Positions 48,701 through 57,731 of a stretch of DNA of 64,000 bases are shown in pieces; the stretch's first letter is position 1; the number at the start of each line of letters is the position of its first letter. The notes below the pieces were generated by a model. That model saw only the letters and a program-made list of their open reading frames with translations. It made no database searches and was not told the origin of the DNA. Source of the DNA: a bacterium (GTDB lineage Bacteria; Zixibacteria; MSB-5A5; WJJR01); NCBI GenBank assembly GCA_021813505.1, contig JAKAKI010000073.1, forward strand, positions 45,851-109,850, given 5' to 3'. The translations under genes and the position numbers were made by a program.

Positions 48701-48827
48701 TTCGGAGCACGGCGCCGTCACGGTCACAATCAAGGACCTGCGATTGCTCCGCGCTGATAACGGAGCGGCGCCCGCAAGACCGGTGCAATTCCGCGATCCG
48801 GGCGCGGAATGGATTCGGGCGGCGTAG
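45699..48827 (+). CDS. dnaE2: Error-prone DNA polymerase III alpha subunit DnaE2 (ImuC).
   Basis: PHP domain 'FVHLHTHSNYSFLRGA'. Pol III alpha core 'GRGSAANSVVSYALELT' and 'PDVDIDF'. 1042 aa and no tau/beta-binding tail, typical of DnaE2. Confidence 0.85.
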   Translation: MSFVHLHTHSNYSFLRGADSPEVMAERAAMLTMPALALTDRNGLYGAVPFQKACVHHGIRPIFGTQLVTVDATCVALAKNETGYRSLCRAITALHLHEGRRPFDLPGHLANDSEGVIIISGDAALLAHLKQRRGPEDLYIEITPGPGQSRAWDMHRELGLPLLATNNVWFATPEDHDRHRLLAAIGLNATLSSIPAGEVATAENWLKPDGQMRHLFRHLPEAIANAARVAEECEFHLAFGTLRLPRFPFTGGQSALAMLRAKTEAGLVRRYGAVTPAVRRQVEHELAIIAEMGYADYFLIVADIVDAAKSMGIPTCGRGSAANSVVSYALELTHVEPLSHNLYFERFLNRGRSDCPDVDIDFSWKDRDRVIDWAYQRYGRDRTAMISTHVSFAARGAVREIAKVMGVPPAEITRITKRLPGGWETGSIAVAARNDPRSAGLPFDQEPWKTVFAQATQLGGFPKHLGIHAGGIVISPGPLTDFVPLQRAAKETQAGHVIVTQWDMYPIEDIGLVKIDLLGNRSLAVINDAIGAVQSNTGTVIDYTSFNPIEDDMTRRMIRKGDTMGCFYVESPSMRSLLRKLDCDTFDGLVAASSIIRPGIASSGMMQAYVERFHHTRTAGAHDASWYLHPRMRDALEATYGVMAYQEDVLKVAEMIAGMSPEDSDGLRKAMSKKRDFVAIERYRRQFIGGAVTHGCTSLVAEELWRQIESFSGYSFCKAHSASYALVSYQAAYLRAHHPAEFMASVLSNYGGYYATFAYVSEAKRMGITVLLPCVNQSEWQFTGDAGTIRIGLCQLQGFQEHDGHRLIEERRRNGPFLHLADFIRRVPVPVPAVDTLIRAGAFDSISGGMNRPQLMRQHVMMQSGPPSAMGQHMPDLFSASPPPHVAPVRDYDWHKTLACEVEAIGFAVSAHPLALYKDALAKLRVLRASNLENYVGKTVALVGWQVTRKRLRTKHDEPMVFITFEDTHALYETVMFPREYRRFAPLTVASGPFLVTGPVTSEHGAVTVTIKDLRLLRADNGAAPARPVQFRDPGAEWIRAA

Positions 48828-48856
48828 AGGGGCGTATTGCATACGCCTATCGTGCG

Positions 48857-48948
48857 GGTGGGAGGACGAGGCTCCTGCCGAGCCTCGTTCCCGCGCGGAC
48901 AGTGAATTCGCGCGCGGCAGCGTGGGTCGGCGGGAGCCTCGCCCTCCC
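48857..48948. repeat. Family A palindromic terminator-like element.
   Basis: 'gggaggacgaggctcctgccgagcc...ggcgggagcctcgccctccc' lies 3' of dnaE2. Confidence 0.7.
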
Positions 48949-49064
48949 GAACCCATCCCTCCCGAGTCATAACCACGATAAACGGAAGTCATCCCCGCGA
49001 AAGCGGGGATCCAGTCGCAGGTGTGTCCCTGGATTCCCGCTTTCGGGTGTGTTGAACAGACCCA

Positions 49065-49170
49065 GCATCTACTGACGAGAGCGCGGACAAGAGTGCCCGC
49101 GCCACTAAGAGAAAGGAACCTTCATGACTATGAGTGGGGCAGACACTCTTGTCTGCCCGGGTCTTCAACA
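49065..49170. repeat. MITE-like element, family B copy 3.
   Basis: 'gtgttgaacag...gacgagagcgcggacaagagtgcccgcgccact...gagtggggcagacactcttgtctgccc...ttcaacac'. Confidence 0.7.
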
Positions 49171-49190
49171 CGCCTTTCGCGGGAATGACA

Positions 49191-50420
49191 TCATGAACGA
49201 AGCTCTGCCCTGGACAGATCACGGCCTCTTAAGGCAAACCAGATCGTGCCGATTGCGCCGAACGCAAATGCGATCACGAGGTTTGTGGCAGGGTTGATCT
49301 GCCACAGGAATGCACCCCCGAACGCCGCTACTGAGACGATCACATCACGGACGAGGTAATACAGGCCGAACATCCCGGCCTTGCGGTTCTCGGGGGCGAG
49401 ATCCATGATCAATGCCTTGCGGGTGGGTTCGCCGAATTCCTTGAGACCACGCAACACGAAAGCGCCGGCCAGTGCAGTGAAGGAATGGCAGAAATACAGG
49501 ACCGCGGGGAAGAACGTGAAAAAGACGAATGTGGCGAGTACGTACGGTTTCTTGTGGCTGCGGTCGGCCAGATAGGCAACCGGGATATAGACCAGCATCG
49601 CAGTGACCATTTCGATGGTGGTCAGAATACCGAACTCAAACGCCGTGACCGGTGTGGCGATCACCTTCATGCACCAGACCACCACGAATGCATAGGGAAT
49701 CTGCTCGCAGAACCGGATGAGAATATCCGACACCAGCAGATTGCGAAGGTCCGGGACCATCTCCTTCCAAAGCCGCAGGGGGTTCTTCTCGGCGGATGAA
49801 CGCCGATTGCTTCGCGTTTCTGAATCGTCATCGGCGATCAAGCGCTGTTGCATGATCACGGCGATCAAAGCCATGACCAATGCGGCCACAAACGCCAGTC
49901 GAACTCCATCCCGTTCTCCCCACAAGCCGATGAACGCTCCCCCCAGCAGAGGACCGAGGGACATCGGGATCCGGCGAACCAGGGAGTGCATCGAGACGCC
50001 CATTGTGCGCTTGTTCTGCGGAAGCAGACGGGCGACCAGTCCCATGGTCGCGGGCAGCGAGATCGCCGACCAGGTCAGAAAGAAGAAAGAGCCGAAGATT
50101 ACCGCGGGCCAGACAGGGATCAGAATGACAATGACGAAGCCCGCCATCGCCAGCAGGTTGAAGACAAGAAGTGAGCGTTTGGTCCCCAGCCGGTCAGCGA
50201 GATACCCGCCGGGGAATGAGTACAGCGCGCCGAGCAGATTCTGCAGCCCGTTGAGCAATCCGATGGCAATGTTGCCGCCACCAAGCGCCAGCAGGTAAAT
50301 CGGAAGGAAGCGCTCGGCCATCCTCTCCCCCATCCCCACGAGGATGACCATGCCCAAAAGGCCAAGCATGCTGCGGCGCAGGCCGAGGAACGAAGACCAG
50401 CGCTGGAGGAACCCGGTCAT
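49191..50420 (-). CDS. MFS transporter.
   Basis: 409 aa with 12 predicted TM helices. Motif A-like 'GGYLADRLGTKRSLL'. Confidence 0.75.
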   Translation of the reverse strand: MTGFLQRWSSFLGLRRSMLGLLGMVILVGMGERMAERFLPIYLLALGGGNIAIGLLNGLQNLLGALYSFPGGYLADRLGTKRSLLVFNLLAMAGFVIVILIPVWPAVIFGSFFFLTWSAISLPATMGLVARLLPQNKRTMGVSMHSLVRRIPMSLGPLLGGAFIGLWGERDGVRLAFVAALVMALIAVIMQQRLIADDDSETRSNRRSSAEKNPLRLWKEMVPDLRNLLVSDILIRFCEQIPYAFVVVWCMKVIATPVTAFEFGILTTIEMVTAMLVYIPVAYLADRSHKKPYVLATFVFFTFFPAVLYFCHSFTALAGAFVLRGLKEFGEPTRKALIMDLAPENRKAGMFGLYYLVRDVIVSVAAFGGAFLWQINPATNLVIAFAFGAIGTIWFALRGRDLSRAELRS

Positions 50421-50595
50421 GGTACACGATGAAAGGGTTGATCACCACGCGCAAGTACGAATTCAATTGTGTTCGCTGGTATCCAGCGGACGGCGACTCT
50501 TATCACCCTATCCACTGCAGATGCTTCGCTCCCTGCGGTCGCTCAGCATGACAGGATGCGGCAGTCGTGACTGGAGCAGCGGTCGAACGCGGAGA

Positions 50596-51981
50596 TTAGA
50601 AGCGGAGTTGGAAGCCGGCCATGGGGATGACACGGTTCGGAGACCCGGGATCGGCCGCCAGGGTGAAATTCGGCGACAGTGACCAGGTTGTCCGGGGATG
50701 ATCCGGCCAAGCCGATGCGACATCTTTCCCGGCGTCATAATCACGCGTCATGCGTGCGCCCATAAACAGGCCGCCCGCACCGCCCAGGCCGGCAATGGCC
50801 ATGACCGCTTTGCCGTCTTTGACTCTGAGGAGAATATCGAGCCCGAAGCCGGCCACCGTGCCGACCAGGCCCATGAGACTGATCAACCGCACGCGTCCGC
50901 GGCTCATGTGAACATTGCGTGCCGCAATGCCGGTTGTTACGACCAGCACATCGCTTCCGAGCAGAGCCGCGCGCAACAGGTTGTCATCCTCCAGCCCTGC
51001 GACGACGCCGACCGTGAGTCCGTACCAGGCCCCCCAGTTCATCGACGAGCCCATCAAGGAGCCGCGGCCTTCGGAGATATACACACTCTTGGTCCAGAGT
51101 GTGGCGCCGGTGATGCCGGCGAGTCCGCCAACCAACCCGGCCGCCGTCACACCACGTCCATCCCACCCGGAAAGTCCGCCCCAGCCGAGTCCCTGCCAGG
51201 TCCCGAGATGTCCGCCCAATGTGATCACCGACGCACGGCCGCGCCCCAATTCGGCATCCCTGGTCAGCCGGCTGGTCAGGAGCAATGCACCCGGGGCACC
51301 GGTCAACAGGCCGAGCGCGTACCACTCGGATTCCTGAGCATTGAGACAAACTGGGATCGCGATCCCGGCCCAGAGACCATAGTACCCCGAAAACACCATG
51401 ACATCGGTGCGACCACTTTGATCCAGAAGGCCGCCGGGAAGAAAGAGCGCCCGCCGTGTCTGGCTCAACCGCATGATATCAGCCTCAACCGTTGCCGCGT
51501 CATTGGCGGCCGGCGCGCCGGGAGACCCGGCTATCAGATCGCTGACGAGCGCCCGGCTGACATCGTAACGGCCGGCGGCGGCGAACTTGAGCGCCAATCG
51601 GTACTGCAATTCGGACTCGGACTGACTCGGCGGAAGCGGCATGACCGAACGGCGTTGTCCGGCTTCGACCAGCGCGACATGTGTGCGCGTGAGTTCCCAA
51701 GCGGTGGATGTGATCCGCCGGCTGCTGGACCTGGCTAAGCCGGAAGGCGTTTGATAAATGTACTCGAGGCGATACGCCGGTCCGGGTTTGGTCAGGAAAC
51801 GTGCGGAGACAAATCCCTTGATGTCGGGAAGAAGATGGTAGGCGTCTCTCTGGGCCACGTCGATCTCGGAGCCGAGCGAATCGCTGAGCGCTGCCGGCAC
51901 CCAGTCAGTCCCCTGCGCATGGACCGAGCCACCCGAGAGCGTGATGGCGGCAAACACGACCAACACCAATCTGCAGAACAT
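50596..51981 (-). CDS. Hypothetical Gly-rich exported or outer-membrane protein ending in Phe.
   Basis: Signal peptide 'LVLVVFAAITLSGGSVHA'. Glycine-zipper-rich segments. C-terminal 'AGFQLRF'. Confidence 0.45.
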   Translation of the reverse strand: MFCRLVLVVFAAITLSGGSVHAQGTDWVPAALSDSLGSEIDVAQRDAYHLLPDIKGFVSARFLTKPGPAYRLEYIYQTPSGLARSSSRRITSTAWELTRTHVALVEAGQRRSVMPLPPSQSESELQYRLALKFAAAGRYDVSRALVSDLIAGSPGAPAANDAATVEADIMRLSQTRRALFLPGGLLDQSGRTDVMVFSGYYGLWAGIAIPVCLNAQESEWYALGLLTGAPGALLLTSRLTRDAELGRGRASVITLGGHLGTWQGLGWGGLSGWDGRGVTAAGLVGGLAGITGATLWTKSVYISEGRGSLMGSSMNWGAWYGLTVGVVAGLEDDNLLRAALLGSDVLVVTTGIAARNVHMSRGRVRLISLMGLVGTVAGFGLDILLRVKDGKAVMAIAGLGGAGGLFMGARMTRDYDAGKDVASAWPDHPRTTWSLSPNFTLAADPGSPNRVIPMAGFQLRF

Positions 51982-52165
51982 GCGGAATGCCACGCCCCAC
52001 CTCCATGCGGCCAAGCGGCCACACTTGCAACTTAGCACCTTGCACGATGGAAGCAAAGTGGAAACGCGCATCGGCAATTAGTGGCTCGCGTGGGCTCGCG
52101 TCGTTACATTCCGAGTCACAACGGGAGGATGGGTTTAAGCAGAGCCGCCGTCCAGGGAGAGCCGA

Positions 52166-53188
52166 ATGTCAAAAATGAGGGCAGTACAGATCGAGAAGCC
52201 GGGGGGCGATTTCCAGCTCGTGGAACGCGCCATTCCGGAACCGATCGCGGGACAGGTCCGGGTCAAAGTCGAAGCATGTGGAATCTGCTACAGCGACCGG
52301 TATGTAAAAGATGGGCTGAACCCGCTCATCAAGTATCCACGGATTCCCGGGCATGAAGTCGTGGGGGTCATCGACAGAGTTGGAACCGGCGTGAGCGGCT
52401 GGAACATCGGCGAGCGCGTCGGTATCGGCTGGCACGGCGGGCATTGCTTCGAATGCCGGCCCTGCCGCCACGGCGATTTCATCAACTGCCAGAATACCAA
52501 GACGACGGCGATCAGTCACGATGGCGGGTATGCCGAGTACATGGTCTCCCCTTCCGATGCGCTCGCACGCGTCCCGACGCAGTTGAGTTCCGCGGAGGCC
52601 GCGCCGCTGATGTGTGCCGGGATCACGACCTACAACGCGCTGCGCAACAGCCGCGCCCGCGCCGGTGATCTGGTGGCAATTCAGGGGATCGGCGGACTGG
52701 GACATCTGGCGATTCAATTCGCCGCCAAAATGGGATTCCGAACGATTGCGATTTCACGAGGCAAGGACAAGGAGAAGTCGGCGCGGCAGCTCGGAGCGGA
52801 CGAGTTTATCGATGCCGCCTCGGACAACGTCAGCGACGCCCTGCAAAGCATGGGCGGTGCGCGTGTGATTATCGCCACTGCACCCAGCGCCGCCGGAGTC
52901 GGCACTCTACTGTCGGGCCTTGGGGTTAACGGGCAATTAGTACTTCTGGCAGGAACGGGGGAACCATTCACTGTGACACCAGCACAATTGGTGCGCGGCC
53001 GCAAGTCGATTCAGGGATGGGCCAGCGGTCATGCCGGCGACTGGGAAGACACACTGAACTTCTGCGCCTTGACCGGGATCAGACCGATCATCGAGACTGT
53101 TCCACTCAAGCAGGCTGCCAAGGCCTACCAGCGGATGATGAGCAATCAGGCGCGATTTCGCATGGTGCTGGAAATCAGTAAGTCGTAA
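52166..53188 (+). CDS. Zinc-dependent alcohol dehydrogenase (MDR family).
   Basis: 'GHEVVGVIDRVG', the structural-zinc Cys cluster 'CFECRPCRHGDFINC', and the Rossmann motif 'GIGGLGHLA'. Confidence 0.85.
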   Translation: MSKMRAVQIEKPGGDFQLVERAIPEPIAGQVRVKVEACGICYSDRYVKDGLNPLIKYPRIPGHEVVGVIDRVGTGVSGWNIGERVGIGWHGGHCFECRPCRHGDFINCQNTKTTAISHDGGYAEYMVSPSDALARVPTQLSSAEAAPLMCAGITTYNALRNSRARAGDLVAIQGIGGLGHLAIQFAAKMGFRTIAISRGKDKEKSARQLGADEFIDAASDNVSDALQSMGGARVIIATAPSAAGVGTLLSGLGVNGQLVLLAGTGEPFTVTPAQLVRGRKSIQGWASGHAGDWEDTLNFCALTGIRPIIETVPLKQAAKAYQRMMSNQARFRMVLEISKS

Positions 53189-53238
53189 GGATCGTTCGCA
53201 AGGCTTGACCGGAGCTATTCCTATCAGCAACTGCATCT

Positions 53239-53309
53239 GGGAGGGCGAGGCTCCTGCCGAGCCTTCTTCCCGGGCGGCAAAGAGGCTCGGCGGGAGCCTC
53301 GCCCTCCCA
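53239..53309. repeat. Family A palindromic terminator-like element.
   Basis: 'gggagggcgaggctcctgccgagcc...ggctcggcgggagcctcgccctccca' lies 3' of the ADH gene. Confidence 0.7.
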
Positions 53310-53409
53310 TAGCAAGAACGATCTCATCCAAGAGGGATGTACCAAAAGAACTGTCCCTCCTCCCCGATGCGGGAGGAGGGACACGATCATTTTGGAGATG
53401 GCGTTGTTA

Positions 53410-53895
53410 TCAAACGCAGTCGGGTGACTTCGACATGGCCTCTTCGCCACGCTTGGCCATTTCTGCCGGACTGAGATCTTCCTTGTGGGTCGCCAGTTCC
53501 CACAGGTGGCCCGACGGGTCCTTCACGAGACCGTAGCGATCACCCCAGAACATGTCCTGGACCGGCATGACCACTGTGGCGCCGGCTTTGACGGCACGGT
53601 CGAAGACTTCGTCCACATTCTCGACGTAGTGATAGATGCTCGTTCCGGTGCCCTCGTAGGCAAGCGGCGAGAAGCATTGCATCGGCGGAAACTCGTCATT
53701 GAGCATCAACTGCGAATCCCCGATAGTCAGCATCGCGTGCATGATCGTGGTTCCGCTCGGATCCGCGAATCGCGTGATCTCTTTGGCGCCGAACGCCTTC
53801 TTGTAGAATTCGATCATCTTGGCGGCATCGCGGACGTTGAGGTGAATCGTCATCGACCGCGCGCCTTCCGGAATCGGCTTAACCTGCTTTGCCAT
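53410..53895 (-). CDS. VOC/glyoxalase-family protein (PhnB-like).
   Basis: 'MTIHLNVRDAAKMIEFYKKAFGA' and 'HLWELATH' VOC pattern. The start was chosen at 'MAKQVKP'. Confidence 0.6.
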   Translation of the reverse strand: MAKQVKPIPEGARSMTIHLNVRDAAKMIEFYKKAFGAKEITRFADPSGTTIMHAMLTIGDSQLMLNDEFPPMQCFSPLAYEGTGTSIYHYVENVDEVFDRAVKAGATVVMPVQDMFWGDRYGLVKDPSGHLWELATHKEDLSPAEMAKRGEEAMSKSPDCV

Positions 53896-54164
53896 TGAAG
53901 CCTCCTGTGGTTGGGAATCAGTTTGATAAACACGAGTATTATACTCGCTTTTCGCGATTCCGGGTATCACTTTTCGCCGATGAGACGGTCAGCCCAGAGG
54001 GCTGACCCCCACATGTCTCGCACCGACACACTCGTGCGGGTCATCCCTCCGGGCTGACCATGTGCAGCCTCGCACGGGAAAGAGGATTTCTGGACATACG
54101 AAAAGGACTTGACGCCTCACCGGCTGGATGAAATCATGCAGATGCAGGGTGCCTTCTGGACAGG

Positions 54165-55052
54165 ATGATGGCCGTGTCACATACATTGCGCAACCCGTCG
54201 TACATAGTTCGCGTTGCGTGCTTGGTCTTCTGCGTCCATCTCACCCTCTGGTTCATCGGCTGTGCCGGGGCGCCCCCCCGCCCCGAGGAGGATCAGCTCG
54301 CCGCGCTTCAGGTGCGACGATACCCCGCTGCCATGAAGACCGTCTTCAGTGCCGCCGTGGACGCCGCCCAGGATCTTGAATTCACGGTCGACGCGGCCAA
54401 CACGGATGCCGGAGTGCTGACGGCTACAGCGCAGACGGACCGGGAACTGGCCAGGATCACGCGGGCCGATGACCACGGATTGCCCACCTGGGCGTGGGTT
54501 GCGTTGATCGCCACCGGCGTCATCATCATCGTCGCCGCCATTGTGATCCTCTCCTCAAATGATGACGACGACAAGTCCAGGTCGGGTGACGAGGGAACCA
54601 AAGAGAAGCGACGCGAAGGCGACAAAGAGGGCAGAGAACTTTCCACAAAGACCTCGCAGGGTGGCAAAGTGACTTTGCCTGGAGATGAGAGTGGCCGCAA
54701 AGATACAGTCCGTGTGAAATACAAAGAGAAACCGTCCGCCGAGCGCGAGCACCGGCACAGAGACAGAACGGGTGGCGGGCAATACTACTACGACGAACCC
54801 GATGCCGATTTCATCATCATCGGCGAGGACAGTCCCCACGCCAGGGAATGGCACCAGTACCGGCTGACTCTGCACTTTGATAATCCCGAGCCGGCCGAAA
54901 CCATCGTACGCCTGAGCGTCCAGGGAGTCCGCCTCGAAGGCCCGGAAGTCAAGGAAGCGGGGCCGGTGTACGATGCAGTATTCTACCAGCGATTCTTCGC
55001 CACACTCGAGAATTCGCTGCGGCAAATGCCGGCAGACAGCACGGCGAAGTGA
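54165..55052 (+). CDS. Hypothetical lipoprotein with a charged low-complexity linker.
   Basis: 'LTLWFIGCAG' lipobox. An internal TM. 'SSNDDDDKSRSGDEGTKEKRREGDKEGRE'. Confidence 0.5.
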   Translation: MMAVSHTLRNPSYIVRVACLVFCVHLTLWFIGCAGAPPRPEEDQLAALQVRRYPAAMKTVFSAAVDAAQDLEFTVDAANTDAGVLTATAQTDRELARITRADDHGLPTWAWVALIATGVIIIVAAIVILSSNDDDDKSRSGDEGTKEKRREGDKEGRELSTKTSQGGKVTLPGDESGRKDTVRVKYKEKPSAEREHRHRDRTGGGQYYYDEPDADFIIIGEDSPHAREWHQYRLTLHFDNPEPAETIVRLSVQGVRLEGPEVKEAGPVYDAVFYQRFFATLENSLRQMPADSTAK

Positions 55053-55144
55053 CGACGCCGTATTGACCACTTTGATTAACGGTTCCCTGAATTCGGGGTG
55101 GGAGAGCCCACCCTCAAGCGGACTGTTGAGAGACACAGTTCTCA

Positions 55145-55295
55145 AGCAAGGTGCCACGGACAAGCAGATTCTCCGGCTCTTTGGAGAATCTGCTTGTCCG
55201 TGTCTTCTTCTCACAAACAGAAGAAAGACACGGACAAGGAAGACCGAGCGGAAGAGCCGCTGGGTCTTCCTTGTCCGTGGCACCGAATAGTCAGG
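55145..55295. other. Nested multi-hairpin structured element between convergent genes. Possibly a bidirectional terminator or small structured RNA.
   Basis: 'cacggacaagcagattctcc|ggagaatctgcttgtccgtg', then 'tcttcttct..agaagaaga', then 'cacggacaaggaagacc|ggtcttccttgtccgtg'. The outer 'ggtgccacggacaag/cttgtccgtggcacc' pairs enclose the whole. Confidence 0.5.
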
Positions 55296-55391
55296 CTTTC
55301 GACATGATCAAGGCAGTTCTTCCACAATCCCACATGGGTGGGAATGATGTGCTTCTTCCACACACCCCGCCCAGCGGGGCGAACGCCGAAC

Positions 55392-57131
55392 TTACCTGGA
55401 CTTCAGATATTGTTTTGCATAGAACGCAGACGTCAGCCTCTGACCCGTGGCGCGCGTGATCATGTCGTTCCAGGGATAGAGACTCCCCGGGTGATAGACT
55501 TCGGCCATCAGGAAGATTCCGATCCGCTTGTCATTGGCAAAGGTCAGCGTGAAGGGATCATCGGCGCCGAGGACCTTGCGTCCAATCGCGTCGGCGAACT
55601 GCGACGCCAGCAGGTCGCCCATCAGGTAGCCGTGGTAGTAAACCGGCGAACTGGCGATGTGAATCTTGGAGGCCCAGTCGGGTGCATTCCTCCCCTCGGG
55701 GCGGGCCAGCAACTGGTACTTCTCGATCAGATTCCACCAGAGGGTGTTCAAATCCTGATCGGGATCGGCGTACAACGCGCGTTCGAAGTGCACCATCACC
55801 TGTGACCAGCGGCTGAAAACCAGGGTCTCGGCGCGTTTGGAGCGCAGGCACGCCGCCGCGACCTTCTTCAATTCGGTGGTATCGCCCTCAGCCACTTCGG
55901 CAATCCATTTCGGATTCGAGGCCAGCGCCCCGAAGAAATTCGCTACCGCCTCGTCGGTAAACGCCTGCGTCGACGTGCGCAGCAGCCACGGGAGATTGGG
56001 ATCATTGTATTGCGCGTACGTGGCATGTCCCAGCTCGTGCAGAATGGTATTCATCCAGTAGTAGTCAGGCCGGATGCTGCAGACAACTCGGGAATCGCCC
56101 TGCCGGTCGATGTCGGTACTGTAGGCGTGCTGGTACTTCCCCGGCTTTTCATACAGGTCGCTGCGCGCCAGAATTGAATCGACCGGCATGCCGATGTCGG
56201 CGAAGTACTTCTTCGCGATGGCGACCGGGTCCTTGCCGGCGTAGAACGAATTGAGATCGACGCCGTAGATCGATGGCGCCTCCTGGAAAAAGCGGTTCTG
56301 GTAATGCCAGGGGCGCAAGGCGGACTGGCTGATTCCCAGACGCGCCGCGAGTGCGGAGTCCATCTCGGATTTGAGCTCGGCGAATGTCCCGCGCGTCAGA
56401 CTGTCAAGTTCACCGAAGAGAGCCTCCAACTCGGCCGGGTCGATCTCACCCAGCTTGAGCTGCATCTCATAGAAATTCGCAAACCCAATGGAGTGAGCCG
56501 CCTGGTTGCGGAGCTTTGCCAGCTTGCGGAGGTCTGGCTCCACCAGCTTGCCGACCTCCTTGCTGGCTTTCCAGACTGCTTCAAGTTCCTTCGAATCGGC
56601 CGATGACCGCAGGATGCTGTCCACGCTGTTGTCGGGCAGGCTCCGGTCACCGACCTTCGTGCGAAACGTGTTGAATTTCTGTTCGATGGCCGATTCGAGC
56701 TCGGTGATCTGCGCCAGGAGGACCGTGTCGATCTGATACCCGAGATAGCTCAGATAGAGCACGTCGAGTTCGCGTCTGAGCACGGGGTCGGTAACCTGTC
56801 CGCTGTCGCGGAATTCCCTGATGCGTGCGAACGTGGCCGGATTGGAGTGGTATTTTCCGTACTCAAGTTGCAGTGCGCTCGATTTCGCGTAGTCCTCATC
56901 CTTACCGGAGATTGAGGCGTTGTACGACGCCAGATTGTTCTCGCGGCTGAGAGGAATGACCTTCGCCTCGTAATCCTTCATGAATGCCTTGAAATCATCC
57001 TGTGAGACACCGGCGGCACCGGCGACGGCGCTCAGGATCAATGCGAACAGGCCGGCGAGCGTGATTGACGATGGGATTCTCTTCATGTTGCCTCCATACC
57101 CAGATGGATCAGTCCACTGGGAAACCGCCAA
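55392..57131 (-). CDS. M2-family (angiotensin-converting-enzyme-like) zinc peptidyl-dipeptidase, secreted.
   Basis: Signal peptide. 'TILHELGHATYAQY', with a downstream Glu in 'FTDEAVANFFG', resembles the ACE HEMGH...EAIGD pattern. 579 aa. Confidence 0.5.
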   Translation of the reverse strand: MAVSQWTDPSGYGGNMKRIPSSITLAGLFALILSAVAGAAGVSQDDFKAFMKDYEAKVIPLSRENNLASYNASISGKDEDYAKSSALQLEYGKYHSNPATFARIREFRDSGQVTDPVLRRELDVLYLSYLGYQIDTVLLAQITELESAIEQKFNTFRTKVGDRSLPDNSVDSILRSSADSKELEAVWKASKEVGKLVEPDLRKLAKLRNQAAHSIGFANFYEMQLKLGEIDPAELEALFGELDSLTRGTFAELKSEMDSALAARLGISQSALRPWHYQNRFFQEAPSIYGVDLNSFYAGKDPVAIAKKYFADIGMPVDSILARSDLYEKPGKYQHAYSTDIDRQGDSRVVCSIRPDYYWMNTILHELGHATYAQYNDPNLPWLLRTSTQAFTDEAVANFFGALASNPKWIAEVAEGDTTELKKVAAACLRSKRAETLVFSRWSQVMVHFERALYADPDQDLNTLWWNLIEKYQLLARPEGRNAPDWASKIHIASSPVYYHGYLMGDLLASQFADAIGRKVLGADDPFTLTFANDKRIGIFLMAEVYHPGSLYPWNDMITRATGQRLTSAFYAKQYLKSR

Positions 57132-57262
57132 TGTACGCTATGAAGAGGGGGATGGCAATTGACAGGCGTTCGTAGTTGTGCGGCAAGCGCAACTTGATGT
57201 CACTCTCGCGAACGGGGGAATCCTGTGACGTAGTGGCGACTAGGTCCCCGCGTTCGCGGGGA

Positions 57263-57574
57263 TTACGTCCGGAGGGATGGGGATGAGATCAGGAGGGATG
57301 GACTCGGGAGGGCGCGGCCGTCTGCGACCAGGACACGAGCACTCCCCCCGCCGCGGGACGCCTGGCAGGCCAGCAGATCGCTTTTGCCGAGGCGACCGCT
57401 CAAGAACAGGCCAAGACAGCAGAAGGCAGAACCGGTCACCGGATCCTCATCGATCCCGGCTCCGGGTGCGAAGAATCTCGTGATGAAATCGTACTCCGCG
57501 GTCTCCGAACTGCTGGTGACAATGATCCCGCGCACACCCAGTGTCTTGAGCATGGTGAAGGGGCGCCCCTGCAT
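57263..57574 (-). pseudogene. N-terminally truncated PhzF-family (phenazine-biosynthesis-like isomerase) gene remnant.
   Basis: Only the C-terminal ~100 aa are present ('DFITRFFAPGAGIDEDPVTGSAFCCL'). The apparent ATG lies inside the palindromic motif at 57560-57592, 46 bp from the family C repeat. Confidence 0.55.
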
Positions 57575-57619
57575 AGGGCCGCCCCTACGCGTGGCTGCGT
57601 TATCAGGGTCGTATCCACA

Positions 57620-57731
57620 CTTGCGGACAAGGGGCTTTTAGCCCCTTGGCGTCTTGGCTGGCACACGACTATGGGGCTAGAAGCGTCTTGGCTGGCACAC
57701 GACTATGGGGCTAGAAGCCCCTTGTCCGCAA
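57620..57731. repeat. MITE-like element, family C copy 1 (TTGCGGACAAGGGGC / GCCCCTTGTCCGCAA terminal inverted repeats) with an internal 34-bp tandem duplication.
   Basis: 'cttgcggacaaggggcttttagcccctt...(gcgtcttggctggcacacgactatggggctagaa)x2...gccccttgtccgcaa'. Confidence 0.7.
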
